64,000 nucleotides of DNA. Source: Acidobacteriota bacterium (GTDB taxonomy: Bacteria; Acidobacteriota; UBA6911). Below the pieces are notes generated by a model. That model did not search any database. It was not told the DNA's origin and saw nothing but the letters and a program-made list of their open reading frames with translations. Positions 1-10,084 of the stretch are shown here, one piece after another. The position numbers and the translations under genes are program-made. Where the stretch lies: positions 5,600,001 through 5,664,000 of the forward strand of contig OY761556.1 in assembly GCA_963664705.1 (NCBI GenBank). Reading direction: 5' to 3'. Position 1 is the stretch's first letter, and every line of letters begins with the position of its first letter.

Positions 1-2685
1 TGGTATCTGCTTGAAATGCTGAAGAAGAAGTTCTCGGAATCGGCCAGTGACACCGCGAAATTCAAGCTCAGCAACGCTCTCTTTTCGGGAGATACATCAC
101 AATTTCCGCCGAACACCTATGCAGGCGATACCCGATACTCGCCCACTCCAGCGAGCCCGCCCAATCCGGCGCAGCAGCGAGCTATCGAAGCTTCTTTCAA
201 AAAGCCTTTGACCATCATTTGGGGGCCGCCGGGCACGGGCAAGACGACCACAATCGCCAAAGCCATAGAGGCCCATCTGAACGCCGGCCGAAAGGTCCTG
301 CTGGTCTCCCATGCCAACAACGCCGTCGACCAGGCACTGATGGACGTCGCCCAGCAGATGAAAGCCACCTCCTATTACCAGAACGGCGAACTGGTCAGGT
401 TAGGAACCCCGACGGATCCGGCAATCTACAAAGAGATGGAAGACAAGTATGAGATGGTCCTGATGGACCGGATCGGGCGCACGCTCGGTGCCTCGCTGGT
501 ATCGGAAAGGGACCAATTACAGAAGAAAAAGGCAGATGTCGACCAGAGGGTGGAGGAGCTGAAAACCGCAACAAACCTGATAACGCAGGTGGATTCTCTT
601 CTCGGCAAACTCGAAAGCAGCGTTCAAGCCGTTCAAGGGTACGGCACGGAGCTGATCCAGATAGAGCAAAGCCTCCGGCAACTGGAGCAGCTACGGACGG
701 CCGACCAGGCCAGACTCCAGGAAGCCATGTCGTCAGGTGCGCTGAAACGGTTCTTCAAGAGCTTGAACCCTCAAAAAATCCAGACGGAAATAAATAAGAC
801 GACAATCGCAATCGATTCCCAGCAGCGGCAGATTGCTGCGCTCAAGGAGAGGCTGGAAGCCTCAAAGAAAGAGCAGTCGGAGACCTTGGGAGAGGTCAGA
901 AAGGTGACAGCAGAAAGGGATCAGGCGCTCAAACGCTTTTCGATCAGCTCTCCGGAACTGTTCACGAAGATCAGCCTCGACCTCGGAGCCGAAATCAAAA
1001 CAATCCAGAAACGAATATCTGAAATTGATGGGCTCTTGGACGAACTCCAGAAAGGCGTGCTGGGCAAGGCGAAACTGGTGGCTACGACGCTCACCAAGAC
1101 GTTCTGCGACAAGAACCTCGAAAACCTGGGAGGTTTCGATGTTTTATTCGTGGACGAAGCCAGTATGGCACCCCTCCCCTACGTCTATTGGGCTGCCAGC
1201 AAATGCACGCAGTTCATCACGATCGTAGGCGATTTCCTGCAGCTTCCCCCGATTGCGATCTCGGACGGTGCAATGTCGAAGAAATGGCTGGCGAGAAGCA
1301 TCTTCGGCGTACTGGACATCAATACCGTGGAAAAGGCGGACAAAAGTCCGCTGGTCAACCTCCTCGACACTCAATACCGGATGGTTCCCGAAATTGCCGA
1401 AATACCGAGGACTTTCTTCTATCAGGAAAAACTGAAGACCGGCGAGAGCGCGAAGGCCAAGAACAAAAGCGACGGCATAACCGAAAAGCCGCTCGTCCTC
1501 GTGAAGACCGAACGGATGAACCCGTGGTGCAGCCGACTCTCGACCGGCGGCAGGTTCAATCTGTATAACGCTCTGGTCTGTGCCACATTGGCCAGGAGAA
1601 TACTCGAACGCGGCTATACCGGCAATATCGGGATCGCCACGCCCTATGTCGCGCAGGCGCGGCTCATCAACCATATCGCGAAGGACTGGGGCCTTGAGAA
1701 CGTGCACATCAGCACGATCCACAGATTTCAGGGAGGGGAAGAGCCCATCATCATCTTCGACACGGTCGAAGCCACCGGCACGTACATAGCCCCGATGCTC
1801 TCCGGCGGAGGCGTGGGATCGGAGACCGATCTGCTGCTCAACGTGGCGATCACCCGGGCTGAATCGAAATTCTATCTCGTCGCGCACACGGGCCATCTGC
1901 AAGGCGGACTCAGCTATAATTCCACCCTCGCCAAACTGCTCAAGTACATGGAGAAAAACGGCGAGAAAAGGGATTCCGACGAGTTCGTCGACAGCTATCT
2001 CGTCACCGATTTTGAGAAATACACCCAGGCGCCGCCGGTACCCCCTTTCATGCAGAACGACGGGAACTTCTATACGGAAAAGAACTTTTGGATGCATTTC
2101 GATCAGGACCTGAACACGGTCCAGGAACGCCTGATCATTTTGAGCCCGTTCCTGTCCATTCGCCGCAGCGACCGTTTCATGAACCGGTTCCAGGCGCTCC
2201 TGGCCAAAGGGGTCAAGATATTTGTCTATACCCGCCCCAAGGGCCAGCAGACCGGCGAAATGGTCCATCAGGCCGAGGTCGTCATAGAGCATTTGTTGGC
2301 TATCGGGGCCAAGGTGATCGAGCGGAAGGACATGCATCAAAAGGTGGCTATTATGGACGACCGGATCGCCTGGGAAGGGAGCCTTAACATCCTGAGTCAC
2401 CGTGACACCGGTGAGCAGATGCGCCGTTTGGAGGGCCAGGCCACAATCAGCGACATTGTCAAAAACCTGGAGCTCGATGGGGACGACGCGGTCGGGAATT
2501 ACTCCACCAAGGTCTGCCCCGTGTGCTCAAGACCACTGATCTACAAGACAGGCAAATTCGGCAAATTTCTTGGATGTTCAGGATTCTCAGCACACCCTCA
2601 ATGCACCTATACGGAGAATATCGGGAAACCTTACCGGAAAAAATCCGCTCACTCATCGAGGAAAACGTATAGCAAAACATACTAG
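1..2685 (+). CDS. Superfamily 1 (UPF1/DNA2-like) helicase with coiled-coil insert, C-terminal PLD-like nuclease domain and topoisomerase-type C4 Zn finger; may begin upstream of the window
   Basis: Walker A GPPGTGKT, FVDEAS, VGDFLQLPP, QYRM, TIHRFQG and NVAITRA motifs; HQKVAIMDD (HxK-x4-D) and GSLN; CPVC...GKFLGC...C. The frame is open from base 1 (WYLLE) into the ATG at 16. Confidence 0.85.
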   Translation, partial: WYLLEMLKKKFSESASDTAKFKLSNALFSGDTSQFPPNTYAGDTRYSPTPASPPNPAQQRAIEASFKKPLTIIWGPPGTGKTTTIAKAIEAHLNAGRKVLLVSHANNAVDQALMDVAQQMKATSYYQNGELVRLGTPTDPAIYKEMEDKYEMVLMDRIGRTLGASLVSERDQLQKKKADVDQRVEELKTATNLITQVDSLLGKLESSVQAVQGYGTELIQIEQSLRQLEQLRTADQARLQEAMSSGALKRFFKSLNPQKIQTEINKTTIAIDSQQRQIAALKERLEASKKEQSETLGEVRKVTAERDQALKRFSISSPELFTKISLDLGAEIKTIQKRISEIDGLLDELQKGVLGKAKLVATTLTKTFCDKNLENLGGFDVLFVDEASMAPLPYVYWAASKCTQFITIVGDFLQLPPIAISDGAMSKKWLARSIFGVLDINTVEKADKSPLVNLLDTQYRMVPEIAEIPRTFFYQEKLKTGESAKAKNKSDGITEKPLVLVKTERMNPWCSRLSTGGRFNLYNALVCATLARRILERGYTGNIGIATPYVAQARLINHIAKDWGLENVHISTIHRFQGGEEPIIIFDTVEATGTYIAPMLSGGGVGSETDLLLNVAITRAESKFYLVAHTGHLQGGLSYNSTLAKLLKYMEKNGEKRDSDEFVDSYLVTDFEKYTQAPPVPPFMQNDGNFYTEKNFWMHFDQDLNTVQERLIILSPFLSIRRSDRFMNRFQALLAKGVKIFVYTRPKGQQTGEMVHQAEVVIEHLLAIGAKVIERKDMHQKVAIMDDRIAWEGSLNILSHRDTGEQMRRLEGQATISDIVKNLELDGDDAVGNYSTKVCPVCSRPLIYKTGKFGKFLGCSGFSAHPQCTYTENIGKPYRKKSAHSSRKTYSKTY

Positions 2686-2720
2686 GATCTGAACCATGCC
2701 AGAGGGCAACAGGTGAAGAT

Positions 2721-3182
2721 ATGCCGACAATAACTATCGATGGTGAAGTGTATGCCTGGCTCCAAAAGCAGGCACGTCCTTTCCAGGACACTCCCAACTC
2801 GGTCCTGCGCCGCATAGCGGGATTTGATAGGGCCACGAAGGTCGAGGCCAAAGCTATACCGGTACAGACCGTGGAGCTCTCATCTTCCAGGAAGACTCCT
2901 CAGCCCGCCTATCGGAATCCCATTCTGAGGATCCTCAGAAAGCGGGGCGGGCAGGCCGACCGACTGAATGTCCTCAAGGAGCTCGAATCGGTGATGAAGG
3001 ATAAATTCACTGCTCGCGACAAGTCGGATATCAAATCGGGTTCTATCCGATGGCAAAAGACTGCCGAATGGGAAGTGAGGGTGATGCGAGAGACAGGACT
3101 GCTGAAACCTGTTGAGGACACTCCCCGCGGAGTATGGGCCTTAACCCAAAAAGGGAAAGAGGCCGCGGATTCACTTAATTAA
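2721..3182 (+). CDS. SeqA-N-like (RHH) domain fused to Mrr_N-like winged-helix domain
   Basis: MPTITIDGEVYAWLQKQA...TPNSVLRR resembles SeqA-type N-termini; YRNPIL...RWQK...W...GLL...RGVWALTQKG is typical of Mrr_N. Confidence 0.65.
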   Translation: MPTITIDGEVYAWLQKQARPFQDTPNSVLRRIAGFDRATKVEAKAIPVQTVELSSSRKTPQPAYRNPILRILRKRGGQADRLNVLKELESVMKDKFTARDKSDIKSGSIRWQKTAEWEVRVMRETGLLKPVEDTPRGVWALTQKGKEAADSLN

Positions 3183-3205
3183 TTCAGCGAAAGAAGCTAT
3201 AAGGC

Positions 3206-4285
3206 ATGATCTACAACGGCGTGTCGAAAATTCGGGCTGCAGAAGAGCAATTGAAGAGAGCCATTGTTTTATTTTTCAAAAACGAAGACCCAATTTCTAC
3301 TCATACGTTGGCCTCGGCCGCGCAAGAAATCCTCGAATCCCTGGGCAAAAGGCAGGGTATAACAAGCCTGAAACAACAGGTCGTGAACCAGGCCGACGAA
3401 AGCAGAAGGGGCCAGTTCATAAATGCAATGAATGATGCCAAGAATGCATTCAAACATGCCGACAGAGACCCCGACGGAATAACAAAACTGAACCCCGAAT
3501 ACACCGAGTTGGTGCTATGGGATGCTGTGAATCTCTTCTATAAGGTGACCCAGCAGAAGATTCCTGCATTCGTTGTGTATGATCTTTGGATTTATTCGAG
3601 ATATCCGGAAATGCGCGATTTCACACCGGAGATCGAAAAACTCTACAAGGACACCCTGAACGGGCACAGCTATCAGAAAGAACACTTCCTGGACATGATT
3701 TCCAAGCTCGAAAATGAGCTAAAGAAAAATATAAAACCCCATGAAGAGATCCTGCACTTTAACAACAAGAATTTCGGACCTCCGGCCATCTTTCTCGATC
3801 CTTATACAAAGGTATGGAATGTCCTCTTCCCCCTCAACGGCGAACGGCCCGACAAGGCTGAAGAGGAGGTCATGATCAACTTTTATCTAACCGGCGTATG
3901 GGCAAGCGGAGAATCCCCGGATTGTATGGCCGGCCAGATCGCAGGCCAAATGACAAGAGACAAAGACAGGCTTATCGGGTTCCCCTTCATAGCTCCCGAC
4001 AACATCACCCGAAAACCAGCCCACTTTATATGGTCCTTCGATCCCCAAAAAGATCATGCCGATGTTTTTATCAGCAAAGTGCTGCCGATAGAGGACGGGG
4101 CCTTGTCCATCATATATAGGAAGAGAATAATGGGCAGCGGCAAGATGCTTGAAGAAAACATAAATGCGTGGCTGCTTCAAGACCTGCAATCGAATTTCGG
4201 CATTTCGAAAGAGATAGGGAATACCGGAATGGACGAATCATGGGTGGGCTACTTAAAGAACAAACGAATCCCGCAAGGTAATTAA
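3206..4285 (+). CDS. Hypothetical two-domain protein; N-terminal domain possibly HEPN-like
   Basis: 359-aa ORF in tandem with its neighbours; the KNAFKHADRDPD motif resembles Rx4H with K in place of R. Confidence 0.6.
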   Translation: MIYNGVSKIRAAEEQLKRAIVLFFKNEDPISTHTLASAAQEILESLGKRQGITSLKQQVVNQADESRRGQFINAMNDAKNAFKHADRDPDGITKLNPEYTELVLWDAVNLFYKVTQQKIPAFVVYDLWIYSRYPEMRDFTPEIEKLYKDTLNGHSYQKEHFLDMISKLENELKKNIKPHEEILHFNNKNFGPPAIFLDPYTKVWNVLFPLNGERPDKAEEEVMINFYLTGVWASGESPDCMAGQIAGQMTRDKDRLIGFPFIAPDNITRKPAHFIWSFDPQKDHADVFISKVLPIEDGALSIIYRKRIMGSGKMLEENINAWLLQDLQSNFGISKEIGNTGMDESWVGYLKNKRIPQGN

Positions 4286-4315
4286 AGAACCGATCCCTTG
4301 GAGGAGTTAGCAACA

Positions 4316-4687
4316 ATGATTGATCTGGCCAGCATTGGTGCTGCGCTCGCGAGCGCCAAAACGATCTTTGAGCTTTTGAAGAACGCAAAAGACGCGCAAC
4401 TTGCCGTTGAGATCCGGAACGAGGTCAGCAACATTCAAGGAAAACTGATCGACGTGCAGCAACAAACCCTTTCTTTGCAGAGCGAGAATATGGCTCTAAG
4501 AGAGGAGATCAGCGGTCTGAAAGCCAAGCTCGCCGAAACGGTCGAGGCGGAACCTTGTCCTCATTGCCTGCGAAAAGGATGGCACGTCGAGTCGAGCAAG
4601 CCGGATGAGGAGTTTGGAATTGTCGGTGGATCTCGCCGCATATATAAATGCAGTTTCTGCGGGTTTACCGAAAGCAAAATCGTTTAG
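4316..4687 (+). CDS. Hypothetical protein with coiled coil and C-terminal Zn ribbon
   Basis: GGAGGAG RBS before ATG 4316; CPHC...CSFC. Confidence 0.7.
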   Translation: MIDLASIGAALASAKTIFELLKNAKDAQLAVEIRNEVSNIQGKLIDVQQQTLSLQSENMALREEISGLKAKLAETVEAEPCPHCLRKGWHVESSKPDEEFGIVGGSRRIYKCSFCGFTESKIV

Positions 4688-4715
4688 GCAATTGGATCTG
4701 CCGGAAAGGGAACGG

Positions 4716-5489
4716 ATGACCACTGAAGATTCTGTCGAGAGCTTCCTTACTTCACTCCACCTTGCGGTGAAACGAATCCCAGTCGGTTTACAAAAAACTC
4801 CCGACTTCCTGGTTTCGGACTCCGCCGCGACCTACCTTATCGAGGTGAAAGACAAATTCCCTGATCCGGAAATCGAGCAGCAACGGTGCGAGTCGCTGGA
4901 TCAAACCGGCATCTGGGAAGAGGAAATCTCCCTTGGGTTCCGGAACTCCGTATCCTCGGTCATACGGGAAGCCTGCGATCAGCTGGCTGCATTCGAGCCG
5001 GAAGCGGCCCATCTCCGACTGCTCTGGCTTCATGCAAAAGGCCGATACCCCGATGACCAACTGGAACAATTCAGGGCAACTCTCATCGGGGTCGTTGATC
5101 TTATCGACACAGCCGAGATCGACGGATCGGTCGAGGCGCGTCCCTGCTATTACTTCAGGGAGTCGGCATTCTTCCGGCACCGGAATGTCCTGGACGGGGC
5201 ATTCGTCTCCACGGATGAAAAAGGCCAACTGATCCTCAACACAATGTCTCCACGACACGGATCATTGAAGCAATCGAAGCTCTGCGAGGTTTTTCCGGCA
5301 ATCTGCGATCCCGCGGAAGGAGAAGCCGTGGGTAACAGTTATATAGCCGATTGCACCTGCAGCCGCTCCGATTCCAAGACCGTTCTCGATTACGTGAAAT
5401 CGAAATACGGCCGGCCCGGATTGGTAGAATTCGCGCCAAAGCACCACCTGGCGGAAATGGTAGTAAATCGTCGGATGAAACCTGATTAG
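4716..5489 (+). CDS. Putative PD-(D/E)xK-fold nuclease-like protein
   Basis: E...TPDFLV...YLIEVK motif; ATG 4716 follows a purine-rich RBS. Confidence 0.6.
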   Translation: MTTEDSVESFLTSLHLAVKRIPVGLQKTPDFLVSDSAATYLIEVKDKFPDPEIEQQRCESLDQTGIWEEEISLGFRNSVSSVIREACDQLAAFEPEAAHLRLLWLHAKGRYPDDQLEQFRATLIGVVDLIDTAEIDGSVEARPCYYFRESAFFRHRNVLDGAFVSTDEKGQLILNTMSPRHGSLKQSKLCEVFPAICDPAEGEAVGNSYIADCTCSRSDSKTVLDYVKSKYGRPGLVEFAPKHHLAEMVVNRRMKPD

Positions 5490-5543
5490 ACGAAACGCCA
5501 TTCTCTACCGCGCGCAGCGAGCCTATTTGGCCCGCATTTCAGA

Positions 5544-6212
5544 TCACCACACGAACGGTATGAGGCGGTAGCGCACCTCGCGCATATATTCGGAATATCC
5601 CTGCAGGTCCCGGGCAAGGACCTTCTCCTCGTTCGCCATGCGGAAATACAGGATCGGCAGGAAAAGCGGAACGAGAAGCAGCGCCCACCACGAACCGAGC
5701 CCAAGCGCCGTACCGACGAAGAGAATGAGCGCGCCGGAATACATGGGATGCCGGACGATGCCGTACACCCCGGTCGAGATCACCTTTTGCCCTTCCTCGA
5801 CGCGTACGTTCGCTGCCGCATAGGTGTTCACCTTCGATACGAGATAGAAGATATAGAAGGAGATCGCGACCAGGGCATCCCCGAACGCCGAGACGTACCA
5901 TTGCACATGCGACCAGCCGAACCGGAAATCGAGAGGAGGCAGGATCATGAGGGCGATGAATGCGACGTACAGGAAGGAGATGACTATCTTTTGCGCGGGT
6001 TCCTTTTCGTGCGAGACTCCGGCTTCCGTACGTCGTTTGAGGAGCGCCGGATCATGCCTGGCAACGTACACGGTATATGCAGTGCCGACGATGATCCAGG
6101 TCACGAGATAGGTCCATCCCTGCCAATAATGAAGGGTGCCGGCAGGAATGAAGATAAGCGCGATAAATGCGGCAATGCCGAATATCGAAGCGCGGATGAC
6201 GGAAGAGGTCAT
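5544..6212 (-). CDS. Isoprenylcysteine carboxyl methyltransferase (ICMT/PEMT) family membrane protein
   Basis: Several TM helices; QKVISTGVYGIVRHPMY, EEKVL and RYRLIPFVW motifs. Confidence 0.9.
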   Translation of the reverse strand: MTSSVIRASIFGIAAFIALIFIPAGTLHYWQGWTYLVTWIIVGTAYTVYVARHDPALLKRRTEAGVSHEKEPAQKIVISFLYVAFIALMILPPLDFRFGWSHVQWYVSAFGDALVAISFYIFYLVSKVNTYAAANVRVEEGQKVISTGVYGIVRHPMYSGALILFVGTALGLGSWWALLLVPLFLPILYFRMANEEKVLARDLQGYSEYMREVRYRLIPFVW

Positions 6213-6270
6213 GGTTTGATTATAGGCTATTCGGAACCGGGGCCGAATAAGCTCGTCAATCGATCTCGTC

Positions 6271-7337
6271 CTATTGGATCGCTATCGCTTGAACCCCTGA
6301 AAGGCTGAACGTCGCGAGGAGAGTGCCGCTCGCGTTGTATTCGACGACGGTGCTTGTGCTTGCTACGAAAATATCTCCGACGGCATCAAGAGCGACACCT
6401 CTTGAATTGACAACGCCAATCCGGGAAAGGTATGCCCCGGTGGGATCGAATTTGGCCACCCGATTATTTCCCAGATCAACCACATAGACGTTTCCAGCTG
6501 AGTCAAGGGCCACATAAGTAGGACTTGAGAGTTGTCCACTGCCGATCGTGAGGAGGGCGACGCCGGCGGGACTGTATTTCGTGACATTATTATTGTTGAA
6601 ATCCGATACATAGACGTTCCCAACAGCATCGATGGCGATGCCCCAAGGATGACCGCTGACAAAAGCCGCAATATATGTACCATCCGGACCGAACTCTTGG
6701 ACGTTCTGACGTGCACCGCTCCAATCCGTAACGTAAATGTTTCCTTTTGAATCCACAGCGACACCCTGCGGCGAAGTAAATTGAACTGTCGTTCCAATCG
6801 ACAGGAGGTAGTTGCCGTTGGGACCGAACTTTTTGACGCTATAATTAAGCAAATCCACAACATAAACATTCCCCATGGAATCGACCGAAATCCCGCGTAG
6901 GTCATTGAAAGCTGACCAGCACCGAAGTTGGAGACATAGGCGCGGTTGTTTATGTTGAATTTCGTTACATTGTTACCGGTAGCGGGTATCAAAAGAAACT
7001 GCCCCGCAAAGTCGATGGGAGCCAGGGAGAGGTTCGAGCCCTTTTCAAGGAGATTGATGAACTTTCCTCCGTCCGTGGAGACGAGGTCGTTTGAGCCTCC
7101 GAGACCGTACTTCGTTGAGTCCATAATGGAAGTCACCTCATACTGGGAGCCGTTCGTGACATAGGCGTAGTACTGGCCCGTGGAAGACTGCTGGACGGCA
7201 TCGATGGGGAGCTGGCTGAGAGGAGAACCTCCGGGCATCTGGGAGAAGTTCACGGGGAGCCATCCGGTGCCGTCGATCTTTCTGAAAGTACTGGAGGCGG
7301 AGCAGTGCCAGATCCAAGGAGAAGGAAGATAAGGCAT
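6271..7337 (-). pseudogene. 5'-truncated, frameshifted pilin-like/NHL-repeat beta-propeller gene
   Basis: NHL repeats (PQGVAVDSKGNIYVTD etc.) in 6271-6876. The upstream portion (RKIDGTGWLPVNF...PLSQLPID) is in another frame, with the shift near 6905-6912 (GQ|FNDLRGISVDSMG). Confidence 0.7.
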
Positions 7338-7345
7338 GGAGAAAA

Positions 7346-7690
7346 CGTGGGATCCGCGAGGGACTGGACCCGGAAAGCATCGCGATCTACGACCTTATCA
7401 AAAAGGAGAACCTCAATTCAAAAGAGATCGGGCGTATCAAGCAGGTTGCTGTTGAACTACTCACGAAACTCAAAGCCGAACAACTGCGCGTCAACCAATG
7501 GTGCGACAAAGAAGCAACACGAGACGCTGTGCGATCGACGATCTTCGACCTCTTATATAGCGACAACACCGGACTCCCCGAGTCCTATACGGACGACGAG
7601 ATCAAAGCGAAAGCAGAGGGCGTCTTCCAGCACGTGTTCTACGCATACCCCACGATCCCGTCGCCGATCTACGCCGTTCCCTCAAGGTAA
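7346..7690 (+). pseudogene. hsdR: 3' remnant of a type I restriction subunit R (DUF3387-like C-terminus)
   Basis: Hand translation, absent from the ORF track: RGIREGLDPESIAIYDLIKK...IKQVAVELLTKLKAEQLRVNQWCDKEATRDAVRSTIFDLLYSDNTGLPESY...VFQHVFYAYPTIPSPIY*; no in-frame start codon nearby. Confidence 0.75.
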
Positions 7691-8095
7691 GCAGGAAGGG
7701 ATAGCTCCTATCCTGGCAGCAGAGGACAAAGATATTTCTTTGGAAGTTGCATTTCCTTGTGCAGCGTGCTTGTCAAGGATTTCATTGTAAACAAGGTATA
7801 TCAAGGTAGACCTTGTAAACCTTGACAAGGGCTTGCTCGGCATGTGAGGATTTTTTGTCCCTTGATAGATGGCAACGGAAATATTGAAGGAGACCATATC
7901 TATGAAGGGAACCCGACAAAGCGATTTTCTCTACAAGATTAAAGTTGTTGCAATTGAGCTCACCGTTCTCATTATTACGCTCATCGCCTTATACAGGATC
8001 ATAGCCTTTGAGATTGCCTCGATTACGAAATGAGCCGAATGCTGGAGAAGGTTTATGAATGATACTACCCCAACCCCTATGGGAGGTGGAACGCG

Positions 8096-8317
8096 ATGGA
8101 CTTGCGGTTCAAGACACTGGAGCGTTATCAGACTGGCGGAATGAAGGATCGCATGCAACTTGCCGTGCCACTGCCGCGCACCCCAAAGGGGTTGATCTAT
8201 CGCTACTGCCCCAATGAATCATGCGCGCCACGATTATTCCTCCTCGGCGAAGCACACCCCAAGGCCTATCTCGGTGACGACACCACCATTATCGCTATCA
8301 AACGAAAGCCGGTATAG
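8096..8317 (+). pseudogene. Probable truncated N-terminal fragment of a Zn-binding hypothetical protein
   Basis: GGAGG upstream of the ATG; YCPNESC motif, then an early stop against the convergent gene. Confidence 0.35.
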
Positions 8318-8349
8318 TCGAACAGGGAGTATCTTTTGCGAGAGTGTGC

Positions 8350-9717
8350 TTAGCTTCGCAGCTTTGCTTCGATGTCGGCGATGTCGTTTTCAACTTTTTG
8401 CAGCTTTTCCTCTTTTGATTGTATGCGGTCTTCCACGTCGGAAATTTTCTCTTCGAGGCTGTCGCGTATTTCATCCGCGCGACCACCGTCTCGTAGGTTG
8501 TCGATCGTCTCGCGCCATCGTGTAATGTTGCCTTCGTCGTGGTCAATTGATTCGCGGAGGCGGGTGGCTTGTTCCCGCTTGGCTTGCAGGGTGTCATGCA
8601 TTTTGTCGCGCCATTCTTGTTGCTTGCGTTCCCATTCCTCGTGTTTGCGTTCTCGCTCTTCCTTTCTTGCTTTGTATTCCGCTTGGCGTTGCTCCCAGTC
8701 GCGCTGTGCTGCGGCGAACACCATATCGCAAGCGTGTCGAAACCGGTTCCAGAGCAGTTCATCCTGCTCTCGTGGTGCGGGACCGATGGTTTTCCAATCG
8801 GCTTGAAGTTCCTTCACGCTTGCTACGGCGGCCTTCAGGTCGTCCGAATGCCGCAGGGATTCGGCGGTTGTGCAGAGTCGTTCCTTTTGCGCAGCATTTT
8901 GTGCTCGCTGGCGATCGAGCATCGCAAAGTGTTCTGTCCGGCGTTTGAAAAAGCGATCGCAGTTCACGCGGAACCGCTGCCAGAGGTTGTCTTCATCGCT
9001 GCCGGCGTTGCCTGCATCCTTCCAGCGTGCTTGTAGGGACTTGATCTCAGTGGCGGTGTTTTTCCAGTCTGATGAATAACTTAGGCGGTCAGCTTCTGCT
9101 AGTAACGCTGTTTTTGCTGCAATCGTTGCGCGTCGTTTGGTGTCGATCTCGTTTGCCAGGTCTTCTTCAAGCCGCTTCAATCGTCGTATCAGGGTGTCGA
9201 AATCCCCTAGACCGTCGAATTCCGGGACGTAACTGAGCATGTGACGCACTTTCCCGAGGTATTTTCCCTTGTGATCGGCTTGTCGCGCTTCCTTGTCGAG
9301 TTGCTCAAACCGTTCGAGGAGTCCTTTGAAACGCAAAGCGTAGAATCCGAGTGCTGCTTCTTTGTTGTGACCGCGCATTTTCCCGATAATTCGCCCTCGG
9401 AAGATAATGCCGTCGCGTTGTCGTATGTTTCCGTCCTTGTCGACGTAGCCCCATTCTTCGCCCGAGAATATGATTCCGTCCTCAGCGTAGGCAGTTGTTC
9501 CCTTGACCTGCCCGACAATCTCACCCTTAAAAATAATCCCGTCAGGTTTGCGGATCTTCTTCTGACGGTCAACATATCCAATCTCATCTCCCTTGAAAAT
9601 CACGCCGTCAGGCTTGCGAATGTGAGATTCCTTATCAGCGTGACCTATCGTGTCGCCTTTGAAAATGGTTCCATCGGGTTTGTGGATATTCGTATCTTTT
9701 TGGTTAGGCATCACCAT
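8350..9717 (-). CDS. DUF349-repeat protein with five ~22-aa N-terminal beta repeats
   Basis: Repeats of IRKPDGxIFKGxxIGYVD; two LQAxWKxxG...LWxRFR..CD.F units; long coiled-coil tail. Confidence 0.8.
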   Translation of the reverse strand: MVMPNQKDTNIHKPDGTIFKGDTIGHADKESHIRKPDGVIFKGDEIGYVDRQKKIRKPDGIIFKGEIVGQVKGTTAYAEDGIIFSGEEWGYVDKDGNIRQRDGIIFRGRIIGKMRGHNKEAALGFYALRFKGLLERFEQLDKEARQADHKGKYLGKVRHMLSYVPEFDGLGDFDTLIRRLKRLEEDLANEIDTKRRATIAAKTALLAEADRLSYSSDWKNTATEIKSLQARWKDAGNAGSDEDNLWQRFRVNCDRFFKRRTEHFAMLDRQRAQNAAQKERLCTTAESLRHSDDLKAAVASVKELQADWKTIGPAPREQDELLWNRFRHACDMVFAAAQRDWEQRQAEYKARKEERERKHEEWERKQQEWRDKMHDTLQAKREQATRLRESIDHDEGNITRWRETIDNLRDGGRADEIRDSLEEKISDVEDRIQSKEEKLQKVENDIADIEAKLRS

Positions 9718-9988
9718 TCTCCATCAATGGACAGGGGCATCCACCTTTAGATGCATTCAGACGTATTTGTCACATTTCGCTGGAGCAATCCTGCAAATCT
9801 ATGGTGAGAAATTACACGTTCAAATGACATGATTCAATAATTGTATTTGCTCAACTAAGCCGTCGCTTTGCGAAGCCGTGACTCGATTGTGACTCCATTG
9901 GCAGCCAAATTGCGAAAACTGGGTTAACACGGTGCGCTTTGGTGTGCTTCGGTAGCCGTAGAATCCTGGATAAACGATGTCTATGCGT

Positions 9989-10025
9989 TTTCCCAAGCTG
10001 GAGGTCTCGGATTTTATCCGCCGCT
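9989..10025 (+). other. Possible degenerate 3' half of tRNA-Gly(CCC), an att-site scar
   Basis: TTCCCAAGCTGGAGGTCTCGG...CGCCGCT resembles the anticodon-to-acceptor half of tRNA-Gly, but the T-loop is decayed. Confidence 0.35.
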
Positions 10026-10084
10026 ATTACAGAAATCTGTTCACCTGAATCGCGGGCGCTTGTTCCTGATCCAGCTCATCGACG

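Noticed and set aside
1144-2400. 418-aa minus-strand ORF and similar long antisense ORFs (e.g. 16646-17419, 29994-30818, 62402-63178)
   Set aside because: They are shadows of well-supported genes on the opposite strand and have no recognisable motifs.
9989-10025. Functional tRNA gene
   Set aside because: There is no 5' half and no GTTC T-loop; at most it is a scar.
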